Positions 38,662 through 50,680 of a stretch of DNA of 64,000 nt are shown here, one piece after another (the first letter of the stretch is position 1; each line of letters begins with the position of its first letter). This DNA is from Carcharhinus longimanus (Eukaryota): positions 51,273,566 to 51,337,565 of the forward strand of contig JASCQW010000001.1 of NCBI GenBank assembly GCA_030264375.1. Reading direction: 5' to 3'. Both the position numbers and the translations under genes were made by a program. The notes beneath the pieces are model-generated. The model saw nothing but the letters and a program-made list of their open reading frames with translations. It searched no databases and had not been told where the DNA came from.

Positions 38662-39998
38662 TATTCTTTGCTTCCTGCAAATTAACTATTTTGGATCCAA
38701 TTTGGCACATTTCTTTGGATTCCATGGGCTTTTACTTCTCAAACCAGTTTTGACACGTGGGCTTGTAGACTACAACAAATGTGCTACCTTCCCTCCTTGT
38801 TGCTTCTTCAAGGTTAAACCTTCCTGTACAAATCTATGCCTGCTGTCCTTAGTCAATCTATGCCTCTCTAAATTACAACTTGTACTGTCCCTCAGAATTT
38901 CTTTTCCAATAATTTGCTCACCACTTAGGTTAGGCTGACTGGCCTGTAATTGCTTGATTGATCCCTTCCTTCCTCTTTAAACAATGATACACATTAGCAG
39001 TCTATCAGTCATCCAGCAGCAGACCTGTAGCTAGAGGGGATTGGAAAATGATGAACAACGTTTCCACTATTTCCTTCCTTTCATCTCTTAGCAGTCTGAA
39101 GCAGGTTTCATGGTTATTAACCTACTTTTAAAGATGCTAAACTACTCAATATTTTCTCTCTCACTCCATGTATCTAATCCATTATTTAAATTATTCCTTT
39201 TCCTCAATGACAAAATCTACACTGTTTCCTCCATTTGAGAAGACAACATATTCTTTAAAAAACCATACCCATGTCTTCCATCTTTGTACAGTTTACCTTT
39301 TTCTTTAATTATCCTCCTGCTCTTTTGTATTTATAAATCATCTTTTAGTTTTTCCTGATTTACTTGCAAATATTCTTTCATAGCCTCTCTCTGCTTTCTT
39401 AATTTCCTCAAGTTATTACTATATCAGCCTATTCATGATATATTTATCCTTTTGAGTCTCTGTGTTTTGTATTTCACTGGCAAACATGACAAGCTAGGAG
39501 ACATAACCCAATTAACACAATCCATGCAGTCACAAATTGTAATTTAGAGAGGCATAGATTGACTAAGGACAGCAGGCATAGATTTGTACAGGAAGGTTGA
39601 AGAAGCAACAAGGAGGGAAGGTAGCACATTTGTTGTAGCCCACGTGTCAAAACTGGTTTGAGAAATAAAATAAGTAAAAAGTCTGACAACACCAGGTTTT
39701 AGTCCAACCTATTTATTTGATAATATTCTCACAAGCTTTCGGGTTAGNNNNNNNNNNNNNNNNNNNNNNNNNNNNNNNNNNNNNNNNNNNNNNNNNNNNN
39801 NNNNNNNNNNNNNNNNNNNNNNNNNNNNNNNNNNNNNNNNNNNNNNNTGGACTAAAACCTGGTGTTGTCAGACTTTTTACTGTGTTTACGCCAGTCCAAC
39901 GCCGGCATACCCACATCTTGAGAAATAAAAGCCCATGGAATCCGAAGAAATGTGCCAAATTGGATCAAAAATAGTTATGTGGCAGGAAGCAAAGAATA
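38662..39998. repeat. Long inverted repeat: arms 38662-38883 and 39532-39998 (right arm interrupted at 39671-39917)
   Basis: Direct comparison; the same peptides appear in + ORF 38651-38938 and - ORFs 39474-39692 and 39713-39958. Confidence 0.92.
39671..39917. mobile_element. Penelope-like short insertion with inverted ends and 13-bp TSD
   Basis: TTGAGAAATAAAA at 39658-39670 and 39918-39930; agtaaaaagtctgacaacaccaggttttagtcca and its reverse complement flank a 100-N gap. Confidence 0.8.
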
Positions 39999-40397
39999 TT
40001 CAAAAGTGCACAAAAGCAATTATGATAAGTACCTCTCTAACCTTCCTCTCCACACATTTCTATGCTTTTAAGCAAAATGGATTCACCACAGGCAGCAAAA
40101 AGTACAACATGCCATGAACAATCGTTGAATAATTTTCTAAAATTTGAAACAGTTTCCACATTTTGTCAAATCAGCCAAACTAACAGGAAAATGTTATCTA
40201 AAATGTGGTATTTATCAGAATGATTTTTGTACCCATTTTTAGTGAAGCATCTAAAATCACACTTGCTTGTGCATTTGATTCCAGATTTATATAACAGTCT
40301 AGAATTAAATTGGGTAGAATTTGGAACAGGAGAAAAACAGGTTAGAAAATATAAATGTGATAAAAAGTGACACCCCATAAATCGTGCAGTACTGTAC

Positions 40398-40571
40398 CTG
40401 CATGACATTGATGTGAAGTGCTTTTGCCTGTTCAAGATACTGATTATTTTCCAGCTTAGGTTCCGAAATAAACATGTCCATCACCATGCCAATATTACTG
40501 TATGGAATAGGAACCCCAAGTAGAAGAGCCAAGGTTGGTACAAGATCTATCTGAGACACAATGTCCGGATC
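40398..40571 (-). CDS. PIGO: PIGO coding exon 5
   Basis: Acceptor gattag|GAT, donor CAG|gtacag; 174 nt; QIDLVPTLALLLGVPIPYSNIG. Confidence 0.95.
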
Positions 40572-41188
40572 CTAATCGCACAGAGATTTTGTGCATGAAT
40601 GGAAAATAAAGAAAATTAATGAAGTAACGATATGAACACCTCCACCAATCTGTACATATATAGGAATATAAACAGTGCCTCCGATTTTAAAATTATTTAA
40701 AAAGATGCTTATTAGAAACTTTTCAGACTATATTAAACTCTACTTATATCTGGAATTGTATCTCACCCTGAAAAGCACCTGTCAGTCTAAGTTCTCAAAG
40801 TCAATGTTTACTTTGCTATTAATTGATGATGTAATCAAATTATCTCTTTTCTTTCATTACCTCAGACAGTTCCACTACAGAAAGACAACAGAAACTACGA
40901 ACTCTTAACTGAAGAAACAATTTAACACTTAATTTTAAAATAGTTATTTAAGAAAATAATAATCAATACAAGATGTTTAACAATCTCTGCTCAATTCATT
41001 AATCAATCCTTTCACAAAAATGTTGCTGTTTGGTTTGCATTTGGTTGAATTCATTGACGATACATTGTTTCCTAACACTTCATAAAAAAGACATACTTCT
41101 GTGCACAGGAAGTCAAATATACTATTTAACAAAGACAAGAGAATTATGTGGTAAAATAGAAAATGTATGGTTATACAGACATATAGAT

Positions 41189-41638
41189 CAGTGGTTCTCA
41201 ACTCTCATATCTCATTGCTACAAAAACAATTTGAGGCACACTTCTTATTTTCTCTGCCTCCTTCCCTCACTGGGAGCTTCATTTTTGATTACTCTGTCCT
41301 CCGACATTTTTTTAAACCTTTCTCTATCTCTCTTGCTTCTTCTGGGGTTTTTGTACCCTTTGAGTTTTCATTTTTTGTGCACATGCATGAGTCTTCACCT
41401 CTAAGTCCCATTGGTCATGCGGGCAGGCCTGACCAACATAAGATATCTAAACCACACATGTATGGTTCTTCCCAACCGGCACATGAACAGGAGGCCCAAA
41501 TTTCATTGGGTTTGCAAATGCCAACCACAGAGCTGTAGATGAAAGTTAGTTTTGGTTTAATTACATGGATTTTGAATCATTTGAATTTTTTTTCGCAACA
41601 CACTTGGGGCTTCACGACACATTGGTTGGAAACTACTG
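41189..41638. mobile_element. Non-autonomous hAT (Charlie-like) DNA transposon
   Basis: TIRs CAGTGGTTCTCAAC / GTTGGAAACTACTG; 8-bp TSD ATATAGAT / ATATAGAC. Confidence 0.75.
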
Positions 41639-44460
41639 ATATAGACAGATGAATAAGTAATAACTGCCATGGTTATGTCCTTTGAAGGACATAAAGGTGC
41701 TACGAGATTGTGCCACCTTTCTCTATCTTTCGCCAAATTCTATGCTTCGCTCCTTAACAGTGACATTTTACTCAGCTCGGCAACCACAATTCTACCACAG
41801 GTTGTCTTCAGCTTGCCTGGCTTTCACTTCAGTGGAGTTCATTAAGGACCATGTTGGTCAATATTTCTCCCTTCATCTCCTTTAATCCTGTCTCAAGAAA
41901 ATTTGGATTATAATGCTGGAGAACATGAAGTGAGGGAAATGGGTGAGGACGAAAGGTAGTGGCCAGGTGGGACCAGCAAGAGGTTCTTGACAGTGGAACA
42001 ATGGTGAATGCAGGTGGTGAGTGTGGAAAGTAACATAGATGCTGAGGCCACCAAATAAGAGGCAGGAGATTCTGCCCAACAGTGCAACAGCTAGACAGTG
42101 ATTATCATTGGCTTAAAACATTGCTTTGCAACAATCCTGGTATCTCTGTGCAAAGGTAAAGAGTTAAAATGCTAAAAAGCAGTGACGAAAGCTTCAGAAC
42201 ATAGAATCTCAATTTTTCATCTGGTTATATTTACTGCACACTGGCTTGTGAAGGTTAAATGGAAGGATATCTTGCTTAACTAAGATAAGTGTACCAGTCT
42301 GAGAAAAATGGCAACCTTATCTCAATTGTTATTTAAGGCCAAAGAAAATGATCAGATGTGATTTCTATCAAATAATTAAAATTGGTTTACTTTTTACTTG
42401 CTCCCAAAGATAAATTTCTCCAACAAAATTAATCATCTAATCATTTAGCTCTTTGAAATGGCAGCATACCTTGTGGGTAATGTATAAAAGATGGAAATTA
42501 ATAGAGATATTGATTGATTGCATGAGTTTGTAGTGGCTTGAATAATTCTAGGCAAGACTAATGTTATGAATAGTGTTTGAAGCAGGAATTCATGCTGAAT
42601 TGCTATATATAACATTTCAAGTTTAAGAAATTTAGCTAGAGGGAGGTCTGCATCACTTGTGCGCAAGTTCAGTTGAGAATGGAGGAAAAGTTACTTAAAC
42701 AGATATGAAACAAGAAATACCATGATGATGTAACTTANNNNNNNNNNNNNNNNNNGTACAAGTATTGTGCATACTTGCAGTGTTTAATATTAAAATGCTA
42801 ATCTACATGATCATAAACATTAACAAAGATGCAGCAGTTCAGGATTTTGTTGGCCAACCTCTATGATTTGGCAAGAAAAGGTTAACACGTTCATACTAAA
42901 AGCCTGGATAGATGAATGATTTGAATAACTATTCATATAATTTTGACCAATTAATATTAGACAATTATGTAAGGTATAATTTAGACATCTAATAATCCCT
43001 AGATGCGGATGATAAATCTTAGATGGTTCCGGGATGAGGAGTAAAAATGGGGCGGGGTGGGGGAGATGATGGTTAAAGACTTATTTCATGCATTAAGTGA
43101 TATGCCTCTTACTAACTACAACGTCCTCACAAACAAGATGACAAAACTGAACCAAGAGTACCAGAAACAGCCCGGAGTACAAAAATTTAAAAATGCAAAA
43201 GATGAATTTTGAAACTAGAATCAAACTTCCAAAATTCAGGTGGGGAAAAAAAATCAAATCGACCAAGTGCCTTGATTACAGCACCACTGGCATAAACAAC
43301 TTTTTAAGCCAGAATTAATGGTGTAGACAGTTATATAGAAAATTCTTCTCATAATGCTTACTTGGCATTTTGTACTTTCAACTGAAGAATACTTTAAAAA
43401 AAAGACACCAAAACAAGAGCTTTGATAGGAGCGCAACCAGGTGCAAAATTTTTAATTTAATAATTAGAAAAAGGAATTATACAAGCATCTAATTGTGAAC
43501 ACAACCAAAAGCTTCGCTTTCCGTTTGAAAGTACAGGAAATTTATAGGAAATGTACAGGAAATATACGATGGACAGAATGCTGTGGAGTGATGGGATTCT
43601 CAGCTATCAGCTAGAGAATTGGCAAAAGCCTTGCATCATCTCTTTCTGGGAAGAACTACCACATCTTGCTGCACTCAGCACTTGGCAAGGCAGTGGCAGG
43701 TGTTCCCTGGCATTAAGGAATTGGGGATGGAAGACCCATCCACTCAGAGTAGCTGGACAATCAGAGGGAGGCTCTATGATAGGCAACAACACTAGATGGC
43801 TGACGCTGGTATGACATCCACCCACGGTAGGGGAAGGCTGGAGTGGTAGAACAGCAAAGGTAGGAGACTCTCACTAGCCTAAAGGCAGTTCCTCAATAAA
43901 GAACTAAGTGTCTTGGGATGAGTGACCCGCACAGATTTTCTTGTCCTGCTTTCCACATGGTTAGTCACCCCACCCACCTTTGGCAGAAATACCAAGAGCT
44001 GCAAGATGAGACCCTTAAGTGGATATTAATAGTCATTCACTTAAGGGCCTTAGTTAGCAGTGAGTCCTGTCACGCACTTAATCAAAGTGAAGGCTGAAAA
44101 GTGACAAGGTCCACATCTGACACTTTGCGACCCCAATTAAAATGGCCCCCATCACCAAGCTCATTATGAAAAATGGCACAGTATTCACCTTCTATATGTA
44201 ATGCAGTATTAAATTACCATTGGATCAGGAATTAAACAGCAAATAGATTGAGGTGTATGGAAGCATCAGGGATACTCCCTTGTTGGGACAATAATACTTC
44301 TATGTATGAAGTATGAATTTATCTGAAGTCATGTATGTGTAATGTCTAAAAAAACTATAATGCCATTTACCTGCATTCCTCTTACTCAGCATGCATTCAA
44401 TCCATATCTCTGGTAATACAATAGCATGAAGAGTAATACATTCTGCACAGCAATACTTAC

Positions 44461-44620
44461 TTCAGTGGATTTTATCTCAAATAGAGGATGTGTGCTATAA
44501 ATAAACAATGCTGCATTGACTTCCCCTTCACTGTCACCTCCATGATCTCCTGTATTTGTCATTCCATGATCCCCTAGGACCACCAGCAAGGTATCATTCT
44601 GCAGTTGTCCAATCACTGAC
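44461..44620 (-). CDS. PIGO: PIGO coding exon 4
   Basis: Acceptor tttgatag|G, donor GAA|gtaagt; 160 nt; [22 protein letters not shown] metal-binding motif of the alkaline-phosphatase superfamily. Confidence 0.96.
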
Positions 44621-44712
44621 CTATCAAATACAGAAAAAACTTATATGAAAAGTGTTAATTCTACACCTGGAGAGAGAACAATAGAGTACACTTACAAAAA
44701 CAAAGAAAAACT

Positions 44713-45330
44713 TACTGCATATACCACTGTAAAAGTCAAAATTGTAAACTTAATTTCTTAGGCAAAAGTGAATGGGGGACTTTTACAACAAGAATATTTT
44801 CCAAGCGGTTAAGTTGTGTATCTGATTTGGGCCTGCACAGCATCTTATCTGTGTACTGGCTGGTAAATTTAGATGAATCCACTGATTAGCCAGTTACCCT
44901 TGCCTGTTTCTATGACACAGATGGCCATCCCTGGCAAGGTCCAGTCTGCCACAGTTGGACAGGGTGCACATTTTAGTTCCCAGCCCTGATGCGGCAGGAT
45001 GAGATGAGATTGTTTGGTTGCAGCTGTGCCTCTTTTGGGAGCACAGATCTGGGTTATCTGTGATGGCAATATTAGCAGAGCATCAATTCAAACAGCTTCC
45101 GGAAGCAGATCAACGTCAGGGTTGTCCTGGACAGAGTAATTTCCGTTGAGTTTGTGAAGGGACTCCGGGGGGGGGGGGGGGCAGAAAGCAGGACGACCAA
45201 TGGGTTTTGATCCCTGAAACCCAAGACTGACTTTTACACGAGGTAAATGAAACATTAAAAAGATTTTAAGCCAAAAATCATGGGTTGACCATTACATGAT
45301 TTTTTTTTTTTTACACAGGTAAATATGGCA
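44713..45330. mobile_element. Probable Tc1/pogo-like MITE
   Basis: Imperfect inverted termini tactgcatataccactgtaaaag / ttttacacaggtaaatatggca; internal gacttttacac repeats. Confidence 0.45.
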
Positions 45331-45413
45331 TATTGTTTCTCCTTTCTTTAAGGCTTTAATCAGCTTAAAACAATTGAGTTTTCTGATGCACATAGGTAAA
45401 TCATGTGACTTTG

Positions 45414-45827
45414 GGGGCGATCTTACTGGCTCATCTTGCCAGTTGATAGGCAGAATGGGCAAGATTGCACAAGAGGTGAAAAAAAATCACATTCTCGTCC
45501 TGTCCCTCACCTCTCGCGATCATATCAGCACTGGATTTCTCACGTAATCAGCCAGACTAATAATATTTAAACCAATTTAAATAGTGATTTAATTATTATT
45601 AGTAAGCTCTGGAGATCTGTGCACATACAATAACATGGCCTAGTGTGAATAGGCAGCTCTCCGCCAAGCTTAGGCACCACACCGTCCCAGCAACAATCGA
45701 ATGCGGCATCATTCCTTGCACTAAATGCCATAAGATTTCATTTGTGGCCTTGCTGAAGAAAAGGATCTGAAACTCTCCATTTTTCACGCTTGTTTGGCAC
45801 TTGGAATATTTTTTGTAAGACTGCCAC
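45414..45827. mobile_element. Possible MITE with short TIRs
   Basis: GGGGCGATCTTAC / GTAAGACTGCCAC, 10 of 13 complementary. Confidence 0.35.
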
Positions 45828-46245
45828 TTTTGATTTTAAACATATCACTTAAAATTTTCAAATACTTGCATAAATTATAATGCTGTTATTTTATATCCTG
45901 AAGTTTAAAACAAAACTTAAAGTTCACCATAGATTTGCTGTGTGCCTCACCAATATTCCAACCGGCTGGCAGTTAACCAGTGCTAGCATCTTTGTAATGA
46001 ACTCATTACTCCAGGACTCAACTACCAGCCAAGTAACATCATCATTCTGTTACAGTACCCCATATTTTCCCTCTCTAGCCCAAGATACCAAGGTCAATAA
46101 TAGTACTATTATAAATGCCCAACTGAAACAAGCTAATACTGATCAAGCAGTAGTACTAATTTTGTGTAGCTCATTGTTACATGTGGGTGTCTATTTAATA
46201 AAGACTTTGCAACATTTGTAACTGCAGACTTAACACCAAATATAC

Positions 46246-46369
46246 CTCAACATCTTGTTCATCTGGCTGAGCTTTTCTGCCATTGCTGAATGATGAGGCC
46301 CATATTTATGTCCACAATGGTCAACTCCCAGAAAGTGTGCAATGAGTACATCCCATTCATTCCCTGCCA
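46246..46369 (-). CDS. PIGO: PIGO coding exon 3
   Basis: Acceptor tatttttag|TG, donor AG|gtata; 124 nt; [22 protein letters not shown]. Not in the ORF track. Confidence 0.95.
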
Positions 46370-47194
46370 CTAAAAATAGAGAACAAAATTCTACTTAGGG
46401 TAGAAATCATTACATTAATTGTTAAAACAGAGTAAAGAACAAATTAATCATAATCTGAATGATTAAAGACAAAGCTGAATGAGCTATTAGTTTCATGCAT
46501 ACACATTACTTGCAAGAAACAGATAAACACTTCTGATTGGAAAAATGCGATCATAATAACGTCAAAATGACCACAAATGGAAAACAGCACTTGAGGACAA
46601 TTAAAACGAACTTCAATTGAATTATAGGACATTGGATAATCCAAAAACATCTTCTAATTCCCAGTTTAGAAACTACAGGAGTGGGTTTGTGACACTTTAC
46701 ATGCAAGGAACTCAAGTGCATGACTTCCACGATCAGGTGTGGTGACCCTTGTCCTCTTTAAAGGTCAAACCAAATAGACAAACTCAAACTAAATTAGGAC
46801 AAAGTAAAAGGGGCAGCTCCCCAAAAGGAAAGGGAGTTATGGTACTGGGCAAGCAAGCCATCTGCTGTGATTTCAAATCCCACCATAGATGAATTGAAAA
46901 ATGGAATGAATTCATTCCCATGATATGTGAACTCACACCAGATAAAACAACCAGAAAAACTGTTGGATTATCATCAAAACCCAATTGATTCATTAGTGCT
47001 CTTCATTAAGCATCACACAACATGGTTGACTTTTGGCATCACTTTGGGATGTAGGAATGGTCAATAAATGTGGCTTTGCCAGAGTTACTAACATTCTGAG
47101 GGCATTTTTAAAAAAAAACGTTCCATCTATTAAAATAGATGAAAAACTTACAGCTGAATTACCAATGACCACGATTACATTCTCTGGAGCTTAG

Positions 47195-47570
47195 GTGAGC
47201 TCACTGAATCAAACGTACAAGATTCTGAAGGGCTTGACAGGGTAAATGCAGAGGTTGACCCTTGGCTGAAGAATCGATAACATAGGGCACAGTCTTAGGT
47301 TAAGGGATCAATCATTTAGGAAAGAGATAAGGACACATTTCTTCATGTAGAGGGCTGTTAATCTTTGGAATTCTTCATCTCAATGAATGCTCCATTGTTG
47401 ATTATATTTAAGACTGGGACAGACAGAGTTTTGGTCTCTCAGGGAATCGAGGTGTATGAGGGGTAGGCTGGAAAGTGGAGTTGAAGCTTAAGATCAACCA
47501 TGATCATATTCAATGGCAGTGCAGGCTCAACAGGCTGTATAGCCTACTTCTATATTGTGTTCTTATGTAA
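47195..47570 (+). mobile_element. CR1-type LINE 3' end
   Basis: YKILKGL, agggcacagtcttaggttaaggg and tail. Confidence 0.75.
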
Positions 47571-48426
47571 AAGAAATATAGTCTGGAAATGGCCTGCGTA
47601 ACACACACAAATTAATTTTCCCATTGGGTATTAATGAAGATTTAATTCAACATGCTGTTTAAATTTAAATACGGCAAGCCTTGTGGTACAGACATTGGTA
47701 TATAATATGTTGCTCAGTGATCAGATATGAATTTGCCATGAACAATATCAAAAACAATTCATGTTATAAATCCAATTAAAATATGGAGCAACAGCACAGT
47801 AAAATTAGATTTCTTTATTCTATTTTGCACAATAGTGACATTCAAAATCATAGAATCCTACAGTGCAGAAAGTGATCCTAATCCTGTGACCCCACACATT
47901 TACCCTAGCTTGTCCTTCTAACAAAGGGGCAATTTAGCATGGCCAATCCACCTAACCCACACATCTTTGGATCTCTTTTCCATTAGGGATCAAATGTTTG
48001 ATCACGAGCGAAAAACAACTATTAACTTCCATTAATTCACTGATCCTTTACCACTGCTTACTTGTCCTTCACCACTAAATTTTATCATTTGTGATCCAAG
48101 AGATGGAGATTTGTTGATATCGTGACCCAACATAAGTGTGTCAGAAACTATGGCTTTCAAAACTTGGCTCTGAATTGATAGATTTTAAGTATCAGCTCAG
48201 TAGACAGGCCTTCCTATAACCAGCAAAACGGCACAAAAGATGCTTCTCTCTTCAGCAAGCACAATTATGTCAAAGTGAGTGAAAAATAGAAATTTAATGC
48301 AAACTCTATCAAAGATCTTGCTCTGAGTTAGCCTACACCTTTTGCTAGTTCTACAAAATATGAATGATTAGCTATTAGGATACTTAATTTCCAGCTGCAT
48401 AGTTCTGTTACGTTATTAGTATTTAC

Positions 48427-48570
48427 CTGTTGCGTAAATATGTTGAAGAATGCCATCATCCACTGTGTGAAGATCTTTCACATTAAAAGAAGGAAAGGGG
48501 AATGATTTGAAAAACTTATTTGGAAATAGACCTTGCCAAGTATCGTCTCCCATGAAAACCACTTTCTTCT
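48427..48570 (-). CDS. PIGO: PIGO coding exon 2
   Basis: Acceptor ctcccttag|AG, donor CAG|gtaaat; 144 nt; VVFMGDDTW...[12 protein letters not shown]. Confidence 0.96.
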
Positions 48571-49363
48571 CTAAGGGAGTAAAATACACAAGAAATAGGT
48601 TCACGTTGCTTCATATAGTGAAATGCTAAAATGCATATTTCCTTAGACATTGATTACATTACTCATACAAAACATTTTAAATGCCATGACAATCTTAACA
48701 GTAACATTATTTTCTTTTTGTTTTACAGACACACACCACCCTCAGGATCAATGGTCCAATAAATTGACTTCATTACCCAAACTACCTTTTCCCAACATTT
48801 TCTCAATTTTTACTATTTATAAGAAAATCCAGCTCACAAAATTTAGGCACACATTGATCAGTTGTGCGCTGTACTGGGATACTGCTAGATTTATTTGGTT
48901 CAGACCCTGCAACTTATTAGTACACAACACTGGTAAACTACTTACCACATACTACCATCAGAGATCTACATTTAAATTGGAGCAAAGGTTGAATGAGTTT
49001 TCTGGAACCAATATAAAAAATTCCAGTTCAAGAAGCAACTCTACCGTTGCTCTAACCTAATTCCAGACTTTAGTCTCCAATAGTCTTGTTCTTCTGCTGA
49101 GTTATGGAACTGTTGCGGGTTAACTTGATTCAAGTCTCCCAAGATCAAATCTCAATGTGACCACAAAGTGACGCCCTCTAATTACAAGGTTAAGTTGGAA
49201 ATGGAAGAAGAAAGCATTATTTGCCAGTTTTCCAACAAATTTCAGATTGTGGTTCCTTTAATTGGGAGGAAAATGCTGCAAAACTCATCAGATACACTTA
49301 AATGTACTTAATTCACCAGTGGTCTAAAAACATGACCCTCGCGTCCCGTTTTAACAAACTTAC

Positions 49364-49871
49364 CATTTTGCACAAATTGCTGAATCAAGTTATCTTCCTG
49401 AATTGCAGAAGATGCAAAGTTGCTGCCAACATCGATGAAGGTGGGTAAGGTGCCAGTAGTCATGCCTTTAATCCTCTGCATGGTGGTTGTAGGAGGGTCA
49501 GCTCTGAATTGGAAAAGCCTGGCATGTTCAGGTTTGGAAACAAGGGTGTGATGGATCACATCCAGTTTGTTCTGGTACGGTTTGGGATTTCTGTTTTCTG
49601 GGTTGTATTTGGCAAAGTCAAACCTCAGAGCGTCTATCACCAGCAGCACCGCCCGGGAGAAGCGCCTGGACATCCAGCACGAGTGCAGGTCCCGGCTCAA
49701 GCCCGTCTCCGGGTGCCCGCCTCGGGCCGCGGGGATCGGCGCCTCCCGGCACGAACTGCGGTGGCGGAGCTCCACTCGGACCAGCAGGAAGCCGCTGAGG
49801 AAGAGGCCGAGGCCGGCGTAGAAGAGCAGGCAGGTCCAGCAGAGGGTCAGGACGGTCACTATCCTCGGCAT
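49364..49871 (-). CDS. PIGO: PIGO coding exon 1 (in-frame upstream ATG at 49919 possible)
   Basis: GCCGCCATG at 49871, donor ATG|gtaagt; N-terminal TM, FLSGFLLVR, IDALRFDF, catalytic-site ADPPTTTMQR, GTLPTFID; the 10 exons sum to 3312 nt = 1103 aa + stop. Confidence 0.95.
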
Positions 49872-50300
49872 GGCGGCAGCTGCAACTGAACCGTTCAAAC
49901 CCGCAGCAACCGGCGGCATTTCAACCGTCAGTGCGCGCGGCGGCCAGACCGCCTCCCCAACCAGCCCGACATCACATCAAATCACCCGGGGAAGGGAGGG
50001 CTCCCGTCACCACCGCTAATCACACCAGATCCGGCCTGTACCGCTGAGCTCCAGATCACCCACCACTAACAAGGCCCACCAGGTACTCACCTGTATCCAC
50101 CCCCTACTCCCTCACCGCGCAACACCGACTGCGTGATCCTACCCCCGCCCCGCGGCGCCACCTGCAGCATTGGCGACCAGCAGCTTCCTCCTGACTCAGC
50201 CTCCCCCACCACAGCGCCACCTAAAGCACCGGCGACTAGCAACTTCCAATCTTTTCACCCACTCCGGCATCCAGCACCATAGCGCCATCTGCAGTTTGCC
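49620..50300 (-). promoter_or_regulatory. CpG island / PIGO promoter and probable 5' non-coding exon
   Basis: The most GC- and CpG-rich stretch in the window; GC box near 50143-50150; donor CAG|gtgagt at 50091; TGACTCAGC at 50192-50200. Confidence 0.7.
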
Positions 50301-50329
50301 AGAATTATCAATGTAACCTTGCTTATTAA

Positions 50330-50680
50330 TCTGTCCCTTGGCTTCAAGGACGACTTGCTGGCCTCACAGATTGTTGGTTGATAAATCCAATCCCTGATTT
50401 GCAGACTACCACATATGATGCAGGTGGTTGAAGGGCAGGGTCGCTGAATTGTTTGGAAATTTGTGTGCCCTCTTTAATAAAATCTGTTCATGTGTTCAGT
50501 GCCTTCTTGAATGAACCTTGTCCAGTTTGGTTCCTTGGAAGCATAGGACCCAGAGAGTCAGCAGTGATGTTTGGTCTCTTCAGGAATTCTTTGAGGAAAT
50601 CTCTAAAGCATTTGTGCTGCCTTCCTGTGAGTCTCCTGTGCGATTGAGTTTGAAGAAGACTCATATTCAAAATATTAACT
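50330..50680 (-). mobile_element. RTE-clade LINE fragment
   Basis: Minus ORF gives RRLTGRQHKCFRDFLKEFLK (cf. GGQRKRFKD.LK). Confidence 0.5.

Noticed and set aside
49509-49889. Plus-strand ORFs of 126 and 84 aa
   Set aside because: Antisense shadows of GC-rich PIGO exon 1, with no independent motifs
50150-50300. CRISPR-like repeat-spacer array
   Set aside because: Only 2-3 imperfect units, vertebrate context, no cas genes
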